NCBI GenBank assembly: GCA_905178155.1
Contig: CAJINV010000027.1
Coordinates: forward strand, 185,697 to 249,696
Source: Amoebophrya sp. A120
Lineage: Eukaryota; Protista; Dinoflagellata
Direction of reading: 5' to 3'
DNA length: 64,000 nt
Shown: piece by piece, positions 1 through 13,264 of the stretch
How the letters are laid out: the number at the start of each line of letters is the position of its first letter
Numbering within the stretch: the stretch's first letter is position 1
The notes under the pieces: generated by a model
Database searches by the model: none
What the model was told of the DNA's origin: nothing
Seen by the model: the letters and a program-made list of their open reading frames with translations, nothing else
Made by a program: the position numbers and the translations under genes

Positions 1-82
1 GCTGGGCAGTGCATTACAGTGTGCTCACTATTTCCTTCCTTGCATCACAACTTTCCAGACCCAGACATTTTTGCAGTTGATA

Positions 83-3000
83 ACGAAATGTTGACGAAGA
101 AGTACCCGGAGGAGTGTTCGACTCGGTCCCCGTTCTCCCTTTGGGTCGCAGAAGAAATGGCCCAAAAGCGCGAAGCTTCGGCGTTTAAGCACTATTTTCC
201 GATGCTGATGTCCGCGGAAGACTACCTGCGCTATCAACTGTAAAAGTGTCTGGGTCTGGAAGGTTGGAACTTGTGATGCTCACTTTGGATTCTAAAAAAA
301 TCTGTATTGCATGACCAGCAAGTAGAGAGGTCTCGCTTCTGCTACGTGGGGAGGGCATTTGTCTTCATGCGGAGTAGGCATCAGGAAGCTCTCGAAGAAC
401 CTGTGATGCTAGGTCGTGCATTACAGACATCCCGGGGCATGCAAAATATGCATGACAAATCTCAGAATCTTCCAGACCCAGACATTTTTACATTTGATAT
501 GCGCAGCGGTCACCCCATGTACTGGCTGGACGGTGCTGCGCGCGAACTCCGGATCAAGCTGCAGCGGAGGAACAGCACGGAATATCCTGCCCAAAAATCT
601 CTCCACACCATAGTCAAGTTGGTAAGAGAGTTGTGCATGACAAGTTTCCATCTGCAGTGTAGTGCTGGTTAGCTAGGGAAACCGCATGACAAAGCCACTT
701 TCTAATCCTGTTTACAGCATTACAAATGACAAACACGATTGGAAATGCCTCTTTTGGAGATGCGTATTACAAATGTTCCCGCCATTGCGCATTGGCATGG
801 CAACTCTGGGGTGGGGACGTTTTTGCTCAGGATACGGAAGGAGGGAAAATGGAAAAGCGTACACAACAAAACGCGGCAAAAACTACAACAAGCACCGGCA
901 AAAAAAATGAAGAATATCTAGTGCAAATATATCTGGCTCTGGAAGACACTAACTTGTGATGCTAAGTCTACACAATGTAAAAATCTGTGTTGCATGACTG
1001 CCAGCAGTTGTCCACTTTTGACCAAGTTGCGAGGGAGTTTCTCATGCAGAACCGGCACGGCAGAGATGTCGCAGAATCTGTCATGCCAGGTCTTGCATTC
1101 CAGACCTCATGGGTCATGGAAAATCTGCATAACAAGCTTCCACGCTTCCAGACCCAGACATATTTGCATTTGATAAAACAACGGATGCAACGACGACTAC
1201 AGCGGTGCATCTTCTCTCCAGCGAGCAAGAAGACTCCGTCCGCCCCTGGATGCCACCGCACATATCAACTTGAAAAGTCCCCCCTCCCCATACTCAAGGG
1301 AAGATTTATTGTGTAGCATGATTTGTGATCACAAATCACGTTGTCATGCTAGAAGGGAAGTAGAGATGCGGATTTTGTAGTGCTGGCTGGCGTAGGAAAG
1401 CCGTGCGCCTTGAGCACGACAGGAAGCTGCAACTGGAACCGGTAAACAGCATAACAAATTGCCTGCAAACGAGGTGGCCACAACTGCGTCTCTTGGCCTT
1501 CTAGCAATACAAGTCGATTTGTGTACTCAAATACAGCAACACAAATTTCGTTTTCGATTTCGACGAGAGGGGAGATTTTTCCTCACAATAGCACATACAC
1601 CAGAGTTACTGGCTGGAGTACCGGATCAAACCCTTGCGACGGTGCTACAGTATCAACTGCAAAAATGTCTGTGTCTGGAAACTTGTGATGCAAGAACGGG
1701 AATAGTGAACTCACTATAACACGCTGCCAAGCATGACAAGTGTTTTCCATGGCTCTGAGTTGCGTACTCTGCATGAGAAACTGCGGTTTTGCATGACAGG
1801 GAGGAGGAGCTCTTCGCGGCCATGCAACACAGAGTTCAGAGTCGTGCCAGACAAGCATGACAATTCTCGCAATCTCCCAGACCACCCGGACATTTTTGCA
1901 TTTGATATACAGGAAGTACCTGCAAGAATACACCCAGGAAGACGGGCTTTTTTGGGGGGACGAGGTCATCCCCATCTCCGAGACCCAAAACTCGCGAGGA
2001 ACAGGAGTAGAACTATCAAATGCAAAAATGTCGGGGTCTGGAAACTTGTGATGCTGGGTAGCGTCTCATGATGAGGCTACAGATGCTGGCTCCGCATGAC
2101 AAGTTTCTGAGCTCTTAGGTGTTGCCTATTCTGCATGACAAACTGCGCTTCTGCATCACAGAAAAACGCAGCTCTTGGGTAACGTGCATGACAGATTTAA
2201 GAATCATGCCAGACAAGCATGACAAACATGAATTCTTCCAGACCCAGACATATTTACATTTCATAAGAACACACTTCGAACAACTACCCTCGGATATTCT
2301 AAGTAAAAACATCCCCACCCCAGAGTTGTCATGCAAATCTGCATGCCAAAAAAGTTTCTCATACGAAGCCCCATGAGAAGCTTTATTTTCGAATCGTGTT
2401 TTGATGGGATTTGTGATGCTAGAAATAGCATGATATGATAGAACTGTGATGCTGCTGAACTAGCTAAACAGGATTACACTACGAGGACGAACTTGTCATG
2501 CGAAACAACCAAAGTTGGCTGATTTGTTTAGCAGATTTCCCATCTTGACTCTGGTATGGGGGCCCTTTTACTCAGGATACCGGAGACGGCCAGTGCCGCC
2601 AGATCTGGCTGAGTACGCGCTTCTCCTGCTCGAGAATCGAGCATTCCTGCCGGATCAGGCAGGTCTTGAGCCGCTGCTGGTATGCATTGCAAATATGTCT
2701 AGGTCTGCATTTGTGATGCGAATTTTGAAGGACAACGAAATCTGTGATGCATGAAAATGCTATGAGCCAGTTTTTTTGTCATGCTGTGACATCACCCAGG
2801 TGTTTGTTGTCATGCTAAACACACCAGAACTTGCACACAGCCGAGGAGCAGTTTTCATGCTGTTCTGCCGTACAAGGGATGAAGCCTCTGGCATGCAGAT
2901 GCAAGGACCACCATGACAAATTGCGTGTGTAATGCATCTTTCGAGAGGAAGATCCAGACATGTTTGCAATGCATAGCTGGACATGACGAACAACGCGCCA

Positions 3001-6000
3001 CGGAAGGAACTATCAAATGCATAAAATGTCTGGGTCTGGAAGAATTCAACTTGTGATGCTGAATTTGGATTCCAAAGAAATCTGTATTGCATGAGCAGCA
3101 AAGGGAGCGTAATGCTTGCTACGCGGGGAGGGCATTTGTCATGCGGATTAGGCATCAAGAAGCCCTCGAAAGATCTGTGATGCTAGGGCATGCATCACAG
3201 ACATCATGGCTCATGCAAAATGTGCATGACAAGTCTCAGAACCTTCCAGACCCAGACATTTTTTCATTTGATAGGAACTAAACGCTATCAAATGCAAATA
3301 TGTCTAGGTCAACTGGAAGGCTGCGAAATTTTCATGCAGAATTTCCATGCCCTATCAGGTCTTGAATGCAGGACCTCCTAGCATGACAGATTCTGCGACA
3401 TCTCTATCATGCCTGTCCTGCGTGAGAAACTCCCTCTCACGGTGGTCAGAAAAGGGCAACTTTTGGTGATCACACAAGACAGGTCTTTTAGATCCACCGG
3501 ACGCATCACAAGTTGCGTCCTTCCAGAGGACCCAGACACGTATTTGCATTTGATAAACGCCTTGTACTACCAGAAGGTGCATCGCCACGACACCGTGCGT
3601 ATCAAATGCAAAAATGTCTGGGTCTGGAAGATTTCTAGATTTGTCATGCATATTTTCCATGATCCATGTCGTCTGGAATGCAGGACCTAGCATGACAGAT
3701 TCTGCCAGATGCCTATCATGCCTACCCTGCATGAGAAATTTCATCCTAACTTGGTCAAAAGTGGACAGCTTTTGGTAATCATGCAACACAGATTTTTACA
3801 TGATTCGGATTTACCATGACAAGTTGCCACCTTCTAGACCCAGACATTTTTGCATTTGATAGTGCGGAGCATTGCGGCGCGCCTGGACAAGCGGAAAGCG
3901 CTTGCAATACAGCGTGCCAAAGTTCTAATATGCATTCTCGCAAGACGAGTACCGTACTCGTAGTACTAATGGTAGTCATGCATTACGAGTCTAGTTGTTG
4001 AGGGCAAGAATCCGCATTACAAATTCCGTTTCTCATCATACCGGGAAAATTTGTGATGCGATGTCACTACTAGTACGATATGTTTGCAATCCATAGCTAA
4101 AGAACAGCACCAACGCATCCACCACCGCGGAGCTGAACAAGACTATCCTATAGGAAAAACGTACTCGAACCAGAGTTGTCATGCACATTTGCAATTGCAG
4201 GAACACTTGTGATGCGCATCCCCAACAGAGGTATTTTCAAGGATCGCGTTTTTCGATTTTGTAATGCTGCAAACAGGATGGGAAGTAGGTCGCTGTGTGA
4301 CGCGGCTGTCCTTCTCCTTGCAGCTAAACTGCATTACAATACAGAGAAAAACTTCTCATGCGTAACCACCAAAACTTCCAGGTTTGTCTTGCAAAATCCC
4401 CATCTTAACTCTGGGATGGGGACGATGTTTTTCCTCCGAATGAAGACCATCTTTGAACTAGCCGCGCGCGAATTGGTCAAGGCTGTCAAGCCGGAGAACA
4501 GCCGGTGGAGCTGTTTGGTCGCCAAAAGGAACCTGACCAAGGGTGAAGCGATTCTGACCAGCTATCAAATGCAAAAATGTCTGGGTCTGGAACAAAGCAA
4601 CTTGTCATGCTAAATCTGAATCATGTAAAAATCTGTGTTGCATGATTACCAAAAGCTGTCCACTTTTGACCTAAAAATCGAGAGGCAGTTTCTAATGCAG
4701 GATAGGCATGATAGAACTGTCACAGAATCTGTCATGCTATGTCCTCCATATCAGATCCCATGGGTCATGGAAAACCTGCATGACAAGTCTAGCATTCTTC
4801 CAGACCCAGACATTTTTACAATCCATACCAGCTACGGCATCGCGAAAAAAGGACCGTGGCGGGCGATGCAGCAGTACGGGTTTTCTTACCCCGACCCGGA
4901 AGAATATGACGAGAACGTACGAATTCCACCGAACATAACGGCGGTCCTGTATGAAATGCAAATACATGATCTGGACGTCTGGAGGAAACTTGTGATGCTA
5001 AAGTGTGGATAGTGGGAACACTTCCGAATGGGAATGCAGCCACACATGACAACTTTCCAGCAGGCTTTCTCATGCGCAGCCCGCATGAGAAGCTGCGTTT
5101 TTGTATGACAAAAGATGCTGCACCGCTTGTAAACGGCCCGAAAACAACCGGCGCCCCCACCTTCGCTTTGCTCGGGAAAACGGTCCCGGGCCGAAATCTG
5201 TACACCGAGCGGACGGCGCAGGTTTTTGCTCGGCAAAACGCCCCAAAACAACCGGCGCCCCCACCTTCGCTTTGCTCGGGAAAACGGTCCCGGGCCGAAA
5301 TCTTTACACCGAGCGGACGGCGCAGGTTTTTGCTCGGCAAAACGCCCCAAAACAACCGGCGCCCCCACCTTCGCTTTGCTCGGGAAAACGGTCCCGGGCC
5401 GAAATCTTTACACCGAGCGGACGGCGCAGGTTTTTGCTCGGCAAAACGCCCCAAAACAACCGGCGCCCCCACCTTCGCTTTGCTCGGGAAAACGGTCCCG
5501 GGCCGAAATCTTTACACCGAGCGGACGGCGCAGGTTTTTGCTCGGCAAAACGCCCCAAAACAACCGGCGCCCCCACCTTCGCTTTGCTCGGGAAAACGGT
5601 CCCGGGCCGAAATCTTTACACCGAGCGGACGGCGCAGGTTTTTGCTCGGCAAAACGCCCCAAAACAACCGGCGCCCCCACCTTCGCTTTGCTCGGGAAAA
5701 CGGTCCCGGGCCGAAATCTTTACACCGAGCGGACGGCGCAGGTTTTTGCTCGGCAAAACGCCCCAAAACAACCGGCGCCCCCACCTTCGCTTTGCTCGGG
5801 AAAACGGTCCCGGGCCGAAATCTTTACACCGAGCGGACGGCGCAGGTTTTTGCTCGGCAAAACGCCCCAAAACAACCGGCGCCCCCACCTTCGCTTTGCT
5901 CGGGAAAACGGTCCCGGGCCGAAATCTTTACACCGAGCGGACGGCGCAGGTTTTTGCTCGGCAAAACGCCCCAAAACAACCGGCGCCCCCACCTTCGCTT

Positions 6001-7495
6001 TGCTCGGGAAAACGGTCCCGGGCCGAAATCTTTACACCGAGCGGACGGCGCAGGTTTTTGCTCGGCAAAACGCCCCAAAACAACCGGCGCCCCCACCTTC
6101 GCTTTGCTCGGGAAAACGGTCCCGGGCCGAAATCTTTACACCGAGCGGACGGCGCAGGTTTTTGCTCGGCAAAACGCCCCAAAACAACCGGCGCCCCCAC
6201 CTTCGCTTTGCTCGGGAAAACGGTCCCGGGCCGAAATCTTTACACCGAGCGGACGGCGCAGGTTTTTGCTCGGCAAAACGCTTCAAAACAACCGGCGCCC
6301 CCACCTTCGCTTTGCTCGGGCAAACGGTTCCGGGCCGAAATCTTTACACCGAGCAGACGGCGCAGGTTTTTGCCCGGCAAAACGCCCCAAAACAACCGGC
6401 GCCCCCACCTTCGCTTTGCTCGGGAAAACGGTCCCGGGCCGATATCTGTACACCGAGCGGACTGCGCAGGATTTTGCTCGGCAAAACGCCCCAAAACAAC
6501 CGGCGCGCCCACCTTCGCTGTGCTCGGGAAAACGGTCCCGGGCCGAAATCTGTATACCGACCGGACGGCGCAGGTTTTTGCTCGGCAAAAGGTTGGCCAT
6601 GATGCAATACAGATTGCACAGGAGTGGGCGACCAGCGTTGCAGGTTCTATACTATTTGCAATGCATATCCTGTGCGCGAATTTGACGGAGCTCCTGAACT
6701 ATGGATTGCAAAAGTGTCTGGGCCTGGAAGAGTGGAACTTGTAATGCTGTCTATGGATACTAATATCTGTGTTGCCTGAGCAGCGAGAAGAGTCAGTTCC
6801 TGGCACGAGGAGCGGGCATTTCTCATGCGTAATTAGCATCAAGAAGCTCTCACAAAATCTGTGATGCTAGCACCAGCATCACAGACCTCACGGGTCATGC
6901 AAAATCTGCATGACAAGCCCCGACTCTTCCAGACCCGGACATATTTGCAATTGATATGAACTTGCCCGAGAACGCGACACTTTTCCGCGACAACCCAGTG
7001 GCAAACACCTACCGCGGCTTCGCAGCCAGCTGGTGCCGGAACATCACCAGTGCTGCTGGCGCCGACTGGGGCAGGCAGGGCGACGCGCTCGACTATGACC
7101 TGCTCAAACGTTACAATACCAAACGTTACGATAGAATCTCAATCTGTATTTTGTATTGCATGACAGACTCGGACAGCATTCCACATTCTGCAATACAAAT
7201 TGCGCCAGATTCTAGGGCGGTTTCGGGCTCCGGAACTTGTCATGCGCAATCCTGTGGGGGTCGGTTAGATCATGCACTTCCTGCATCACAGATTTCCACA
7301 TTCTATTGTAACGTTTGAGATTTTAGCACCTGAGCAGGTTATATCGACAGCGCCGGTTTTTTCAACGCAACCGTGAGTACGGGGGCAGCGACCGAGGTAA
7401 CACCCGCAGACGACAGCATAAACGAGGCTCTCGAGCAGCATGTTCTGCCGCTGGAGGAGAAGCCAAACGCGGCAAGCACCAGCGGCTCTGTTTGA
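83..7495 (+). CDS. SET-domain protein lysine methyltransferase (Rubisco-LSMT/SETD3/SETD6-like), 5' end outside window, 18 introner introns in window
   Basis: Removing each TAT...ATA element plus 5 nt gives one continuous frame: ...FKHYFPMLMSAEDYLRSGHPMYW...YALLLLENRAFLPDQAGLEPLLDMTNNAP...SCLVAKRNLTKGEAILTSYGIAKKGPWRAMQQYGF...SGSV*, with TGA at 7493-7495. These match the LSMT-type SET motifs (SRAF, P..DM.NH, kGE.i..sYG, YGF). Confidence 0.85.
232..499. mobile_element. Introner/MITE family A, representative copy; TIR about TATCAAATGCAAAAATGTCTGGGTCTGGAA
   Basis: TIRs about 30 bp, TSD tgcgc (227-231/500-504). Other copies: <1-82, 915-1175, 1651-1907, 2014-2265, 2681-2975, 3011-3273, 3286-3555, 3600-3861, 4563-4827, 4950-6667, 6700-6956, 24353-24591, 24857-25124, 28142-28402, 28536-28796, 31814-32067, 33927-34189, 34963-35221, 37760-38040, 42650-42906, 44084-44346, 44402-44664, 45310-45576, 45832-46085, 46576-46827, 47397-47658, 51456-51714, 51764-52025, 54582-54832, 55751-56014, 56454-56705, 56883-57143, 58471-58732, 61581-61842. 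Several internal subfamilies. Confidence 0.92.
5131..6590. repeat. Tandem array, 104-bp unit, about 14 near-identical copies, inside introner 4950-6667
   Basis: The unit aaacgccccaaaacaaccggcg...tttttgctcggca recurs every 104 bp. Confidence 0.97.
7094..7343. mobile_element. Introner/MITE family D; TIR about TATRACCTGCTCA
   Basis: TSD tcgac. A homologous copy lies at 48993-49244 (TSD cagcg/caacg). Confidence 0.85.
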
Positions 7496-7959
7496 GCGCT
7501 GACAATATTCGGCCAGATGAAGGAAAAACTTTCGATGTTGGTTTTTTTTGCAAAAAAGTTGGAAACAAATTCTCAAAGAATGCTTGAAGTTCACTTTTTT
7601 CCGCATATCACGACTGGCATTTCTGTACGTCTATTTTCAACTGCCATTTCTTTACGTCTATTTTCAACCTGCGACAAAACGATAAAAGGAAGAACAACTA
7701 TCGCACAACTAGGCTGAGGCATTTACAGATAATTTCACTTGCGAAACGAGTAAAGAGAGGAACCAATAAACCTCGAATGGGCAGTGTGTCGGGATATGGC
7801 TTGACGCGAAATCCATTTCCCATACCACACATCTCAAAAGCAAACAAGGGGAACCCAAATTTGAATCTGACCCGGAGGGCAGGGCTGAGCAGAATATAAA
7901 CCCAGGAAATGCCGCAGCCCTGAATGTGATGCAGCGCGTCGGGAGACATCTACGGATGT

Positions 7960-9355
7960 TAGCTAGTAGATGCACTGAGAAATTGATGCCTACTTATATG
8001 GAGTCGTGTTTCCCCTGCCTTCACCAAAAGCTTCTATTTGCGTAGCTAGGACTTTGACGCGATGCTATGCTGGCAGAAAACATATGGTCTTTTCGGGCCT
8101 CCTAAGTCATATGACTTACGAGAGGGCCATGGGTAGTAGCTAGACGCACTGAGAAATGGCCCCGGGGAGGTGTGTTTTTACTTCTCTCGCCAGAAACTTC
8201 TATTTCGGTAGCTGGGCCTTTCACACGATGCTATGCCGGCAGAAAACAAATGGCCTTTTTGGTCCTCCTAAGTCATACGCGGACAGTGTCCGCGTATGAC
8301 TTAAGGAACGGCCATGGGTGATACCTAGACGCACTGAGAAATGGCCACTGCACGGCGTGTTTCTACTGCTTTCGCCAGAAACTTCTATTTCAGCAGCTGG
8401 GCCATTCACGCGATGCTATGCTGGCAGAAGTCATATGGTCTTTTTGGGCCTCTCAAGTCACACGCGGACAGTGCCCGCGTATGACTTACGGGGGGGCCAT
8501 GGGTAGTAGCTAGACGCACTGAGAAATGGCCACGGGGGGGTGTGTTTTTACTTCTCTCGCCAGAAGCTTCTCTTTCGGTAGCTGGGAATTTCACGCGATG
8601 CTATGCTGGCAGAAAACATATGGGCTTTTTGGTCCTCCTAAGTCATACGCGGACAGTGTCCGCGTATGACTTAAGGAACGGCCATGGGTGATAGCTAGAC
8701 GCACTGAGAAATGGCCTCGGGGAGGTGTGTTTTTACTTCTCTCGACAGAAAATTTTATTTCCGCAGCCGGGCATTTCACGCGATGCTATGCTGGCAGAAA
8801 ACATATGGGCTTTTTGGGCCTCCTAAGTCATACGCGGACAGTGTCCGCGTATGACTTACGGGAGGGCCATTAATAGTAGCTAGACGCACTGAGCAATGGC
8901 CACGGGGAGGTGTGTTCTTACTTCTCTCGCCAGAAACTTCTATTTCGGTAGCTGGGACTTTCGCGCGATGCTATGCTGGCAGAAAACATATGGTTTTTTT
9001 GGGCCTCCTAAGTCATACGCGGACAGTGTCCGCGTATGACTTACGGGGGGGCCATGGGTAGTAGCTAGACGCACTGAGAAATGCCCACGGGGAGGCGTGT
9101 TTACTGCCTTCCCCAAAAACTCCTGTTGCCGTAGCTGGGCCTTTCACGCGATGCTATGCTGCCAGAAAAAATATGGTCTTTTCGGGCCTCCCAAGTCAAA
9201 CGCGGACAGTGTCCGCGTATGATTTAAGGAGGGGCCATGGGTGTAGCTAGGCGCACTGAGAAATGGCCACTGGGAGGCGTGCTTCTATTGCCTTCGCCAG
9301 AAACGTCTATTTCCGTTGCTGGACCTTTCACGCGATTATATGCTGCCAGAAAACA
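7960..9355. repeat. Tandem array, 185-bp unit, about 7.5 copies, with a 35-bp palindrome per unit
   Basis: tagacgcact at 8141, 8326, 8511, 8696, 8881, 9066; palindrome taagtcatacgcggaca-g-tgtccgcgtatgactta. Confidence 0.95.
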
Positions 9356-9359
9356 TACG

Positions 9360-11080
9360 CGCTTTTTGGCCCAAAATTCGGGCGACTTTGAATTTCCAGC
9401 TGCAAAGGCTTAGGCACTCGGAAGGAGGGGTTGCAAAAATCTCCTCCCGCACGCTATGCTGGCTGTTTTTGGCCCAAAAAGTGGTCGACTTTGGGTTTCC
9501 AGCTGCAGAGGCTTGGGCACTCGGAAGGAGGGGCTGCAAAAATCGCCCCCCGCGCGTTATGCTGGCTTGTTTTGGCCCAAAAGGGGTCGACTTTGGGTTT
9601 CCAGCTGCAGAGGCTTGGGCACTCGGAAGAAGGGGTTGCAAAAATCTCCCCCCGCACGTTATGCGGGCTGTTTTTGGCCCAAAAAGTGGTCGACTTTGGG
9701 TTTCCAGCTGCAGAGGCTTGGGCACTCGGACGGAGGGGTTGCAAAAATCTCCCCCCGCACGTTATGCTGGCTCTTTTTGGCCCAAAAAGTGGCCGACTTT
9801 AAGTCTCCAGCTGCAGAGGCTTGGGCACTCGGAAGGAAGGGTTGCAAAAATCTCCCCCCGCACGTTATGCGGGCTGTTTTTGGCCCAAAAAGTGGTCGAC
9901 TTTGGGTTTCCAGCTGCAGAGGCTTGGGCACTCGGACGGAGGGGTTGCAAAAATCTCCCCCCGCACGTTATGCTGGCTCTTTTTGGCCCAAAAAGTGGCC
10001 GACTTTAAGTCTCCAGCTGCAGAGGCTTGGGCACTCGGAAGGAAGGGTTGCAAAAATCTCCCCCCGCACGTTATGCGGGCTGTTTTTGGCCCAAAAAGTG
10101 GTCGACTTTGGGTCTCCAGCTGCAGAGGCTTGGGCACTCGGACGGAGGGGTTGCAAAAATCTCCCCCCGCACGCTATGCTGGCTTTTTTTGGCCCAAAAA
10201 GTGGTCGGCTTTGGGTTTCCAGCTGCAGAGGCTTGGGCACTCGGACGAAGGGGTTGCAAAAATCTCCCCCCGCGCGTTATGCTGGCTTTTTTTTGGCCCA
10301 AAAAGTGGTCGACTTTGGGTCTCCAGCTGCAGAGGCTTGGGCACTCGGAAGGTGGGGTTGCAAAAATCTCCCCCCGCACGTTATGCTGGCTTCTTTTGGC
10401 CCAAAAAGTGGTCGGCTTTGGGTTTCCAGCTACAGAGGCTTGGGAAGGCGGAAGGAGGGGTTGCAAAAATCTCTCCCCGCACGTTATGCTGGTTTTTTTT
10501 GGCCCAAAAAGTGGTCGGCTTTGGGTTTCCAGCTGCAGAGGCTTGGACGCTCGGAAGAAGGGGTTGCAAAAATCTCCCCCCGCGCGTTATGCTGGCTTTT
10601 TTTGACACAAAAAGTGGTCGGCTTTGGGTTTCCAGCTGCAGAGGCTTGGGCGCTCGGAAGAAGGGGTTGCAAAAATCTCCCCCCGCACGTTGTGCTGGTT
10701 TTTTTTGGCGCAAAAAGTGGTCGGCTTTGGGTTTCCAGCTACAGAGGCCTGGGAAGGCGGAAGGAGGGGTTGCAAAAATCTTCCCCCGCGCGTTATGCTG
10801 GTTTTTTTTGGCACAAAAAGTGGTCGGCTTTGGGTTTCCAGCTGCAGAGGCTTGGGCGCTCGGAAGAAGGGGTTGCAAAAATCTCTCCCCGCACGTTGTG
10901 CTGGCTTCTTTTGGCCCAAAAAGTGGTCGGCTTTGGGTTTCCAGCTACAGAGGCTTGGGAAGGCGGAAGGAGGGGTTGCAAAAATCTTCCCCCGCGCGTT
11001 ATGCTGGCTTTTTTTGGCACAAAAAGTGGTCGGCTTTGGGTTTCCAGCTGCAGAGGCTTCGGAAGGCGGAAGGAGGGGCT
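9360..11080. repeat. Tandem array, 103-bp unit, about 16-17 copies
   Basis: ttttggcccaaaaagtggtcg...ccagctgcagaggcttgggc...gttgcaaaaatctcccc recurs every 103 bp. Confidence 0.96.
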
Positions 11081-11084
11081 GAAC

Positions 11085-12290
11085 CTTTTTGAAACCTTTT
11101 TGTGCCAAGTTCGAGCGCCCTCTCGTGAGGCCCACCCGACTGTATGTTCGACACAGGCCGATTATCCATATGGGCCTCCAAGGCGAAACGCTCACCGGGT
11201 GAGCGTTTCGCCTGAGGCCTCGATATTCGGATCTTTCCCACTGCAGCATACCGTTGCGCTTCTGGCTGTCTGTAATGCCTTTTGAAACCTTTTTCGCCAC
11301 TCTCGAGTGCCTTTTCGTGAGGCCCGCCCGATGCTATGGTCGATATAGGCCGATTACCCACATGGGCCTCCAAGGCGAAACGCTCACCGGGTGAGCGTTT
11401 CGCCTAAGAAGTCTGTATTCGGATCTTCCCCACTACAGCATACCGTGGTGCTTCTGGCTGTTTGTGCTGTCTTTTGAAACCTTTTTTGCCGCGGTCGAGT
11501 GCTCTTTCTTAAGGCCCGCCCGATGCTAAGGTCGACGCAGGCCGATTATTCATATGGGCCTCCAAGGCGAAACGCTCACCGGGTGAGCGTTTCGCCTAGG
11601 AAGGCTCTATTCGGATCTTTCCCGCGACAGCATACCGCCCAGCTTCTGGCTGTTTGTGCTGTCTCTTGAGACCTTTTTTGCCACTGTCGAGTGTCCTTTC
11701 GTGAGGCCCGCCCGATGCTATGGTCGATATAGGCCGACTATCCATATGGGCCTCCAAGGCGAAACGCTCACCGGGTGAGCGTTTCGCCTAGGAAGGCTCT
11801 ACTCGGATCTTTTCCGCGACAGCATACCGGCCTGCTTCTGGCTGTTTGTGCTGTCTTTTGAAACCTTTTTTGCCACAATCGAGTGCCCTTTCGTGAGGCC
11901 CGCCCGACGCTATGGTCGACACAGGCCGATTATCCATATGGGCCTCCAAGGCGAAACGCTCACCGGGTGAGCGTTTCGCTTGAGAAGTCTATACTCGGAT
12001 ATTTCCCAGGACAGCATACCTTTGTGCTTCTGGTCGTTTGTGTTGCTTTTTGAAACCTTTTTTGCCACTGTCGAGTGCCCTTTCGTGCGGCCAGCCCGAC
12101 GCTATGGTCGATATAGGCCGCTTATCCATATGGGCCTCCAAGGCGAAACGCTCACCGGGTGAGCGTTTCGCTTGAGAAGTCTATACTCGGATATTTCCCA
12201 CGACAGCATACCTTCGTGCTTCTGGTCGTTTGCGTTGCTTTTTGCAGCCTTTTTGTGCCAAGTTCGAGTGCCCTTTCGTGAGCCCCGCCG
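11085..12290. repeat. Tandem array, 192-bp unit, 6 copies, with a 33-bp palindrome per unit
   Basis: caaggcg at 11179, 11371, 11563, 11755, 11947, 12139; palindrome aggcgaaacgctcacc-g-ggtgagcgtttcgcct. Confidence 0.96.
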
Positions 12291-13264
12291 CCAGTTCGTC
12301 TACAACGTACGGCAGGTAGCTAGATGAAGGTACGGCAGCGAGATGAACTATAGAATGCCCTTTACGGGCAAGGAAGCTTTTCTTAGTGCCGGCGCCAAGA
12401 ACTTCTCTGTCGGCAGCCGTCCAGTTCATCCGATGCTACGCTGGCCTAGAACATGCGCTCCTTCTGTGCACCTACGGTCAAGCGCGGACAGTGTCCGCGT
12501 ATGACTTGGTAGGGAGCTACTAACCTCAGCTAGAAGTACAAGCAACTGAGAAATGGCCTCTGGCATTCATGTTTTTTCGGCCGGCACCACGGCGAGCCAG
12601 TCCACACAAAAACACGCGCTCCACTGTGTAGAGTAACCGAAAGCACACACTCATCGCTCACGTAGTTCTACAAAAACTTCTAGTCCACCGCAGGAGGGTT
12701 GCTGTCCGTCTCGACCAGGATTATGACAGCGCTAGAAGTAGCCTGACCAGAATAAAATCGGTTGCGCAATATGATGGCCGCCCCGGTACGGGAGGAAAAT
12801 TTGTCCGTAAATCCGATGTTGTTGTGGATAACTCATGCAGATAAGCGTCTTCAAAGGTGTCAGCTGGTCAAACAGTAGGTACAAGGCTGCGCAAATTTGT
12901 CATGTAGAAACTGCATCACAGGCTGCGGCAGAAGACTTTACGAAGAAATTTTCCGCCGATACGCCGACCAGAATGATGGGCCGATACGCATTGCAAATAT
13001 GTCTGGGTCTGGATTTGTGATGGTGGAGTTTCGTGACGCCAAGATCTGTATTGCATGAAGGGAATTCTACTCATGCTTCTTTGTCGTGCTGGAAGATGGC
13101 AGTTTGTCATGCTAAATACGGAAAATAAAGAACTCGCAATTAGACCCGAAAAACCCGTAATGCGTCCATGCCGTACAACAAGCTGCTTTGTCATGCAAGG
13201 CTTAGCATGACTGTTATCCAGAACCAACCACATTTGCAGTGTATAGCTGATCATCCAGATCAAC

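Noticed and set aside
5003-6744. 450-560 aa ORFs in all three + frames
   Set aside because: They are translations of a stop-free 104-bp tandem unit inside an intron; the same peptide cycles through all frames.
1-7495. Pseudogene destroyed by MITE insertions
   Set aside because: Exons contain no stops or frameshifts across 18 insertions and keep SET motifs, which implies purifying selection.
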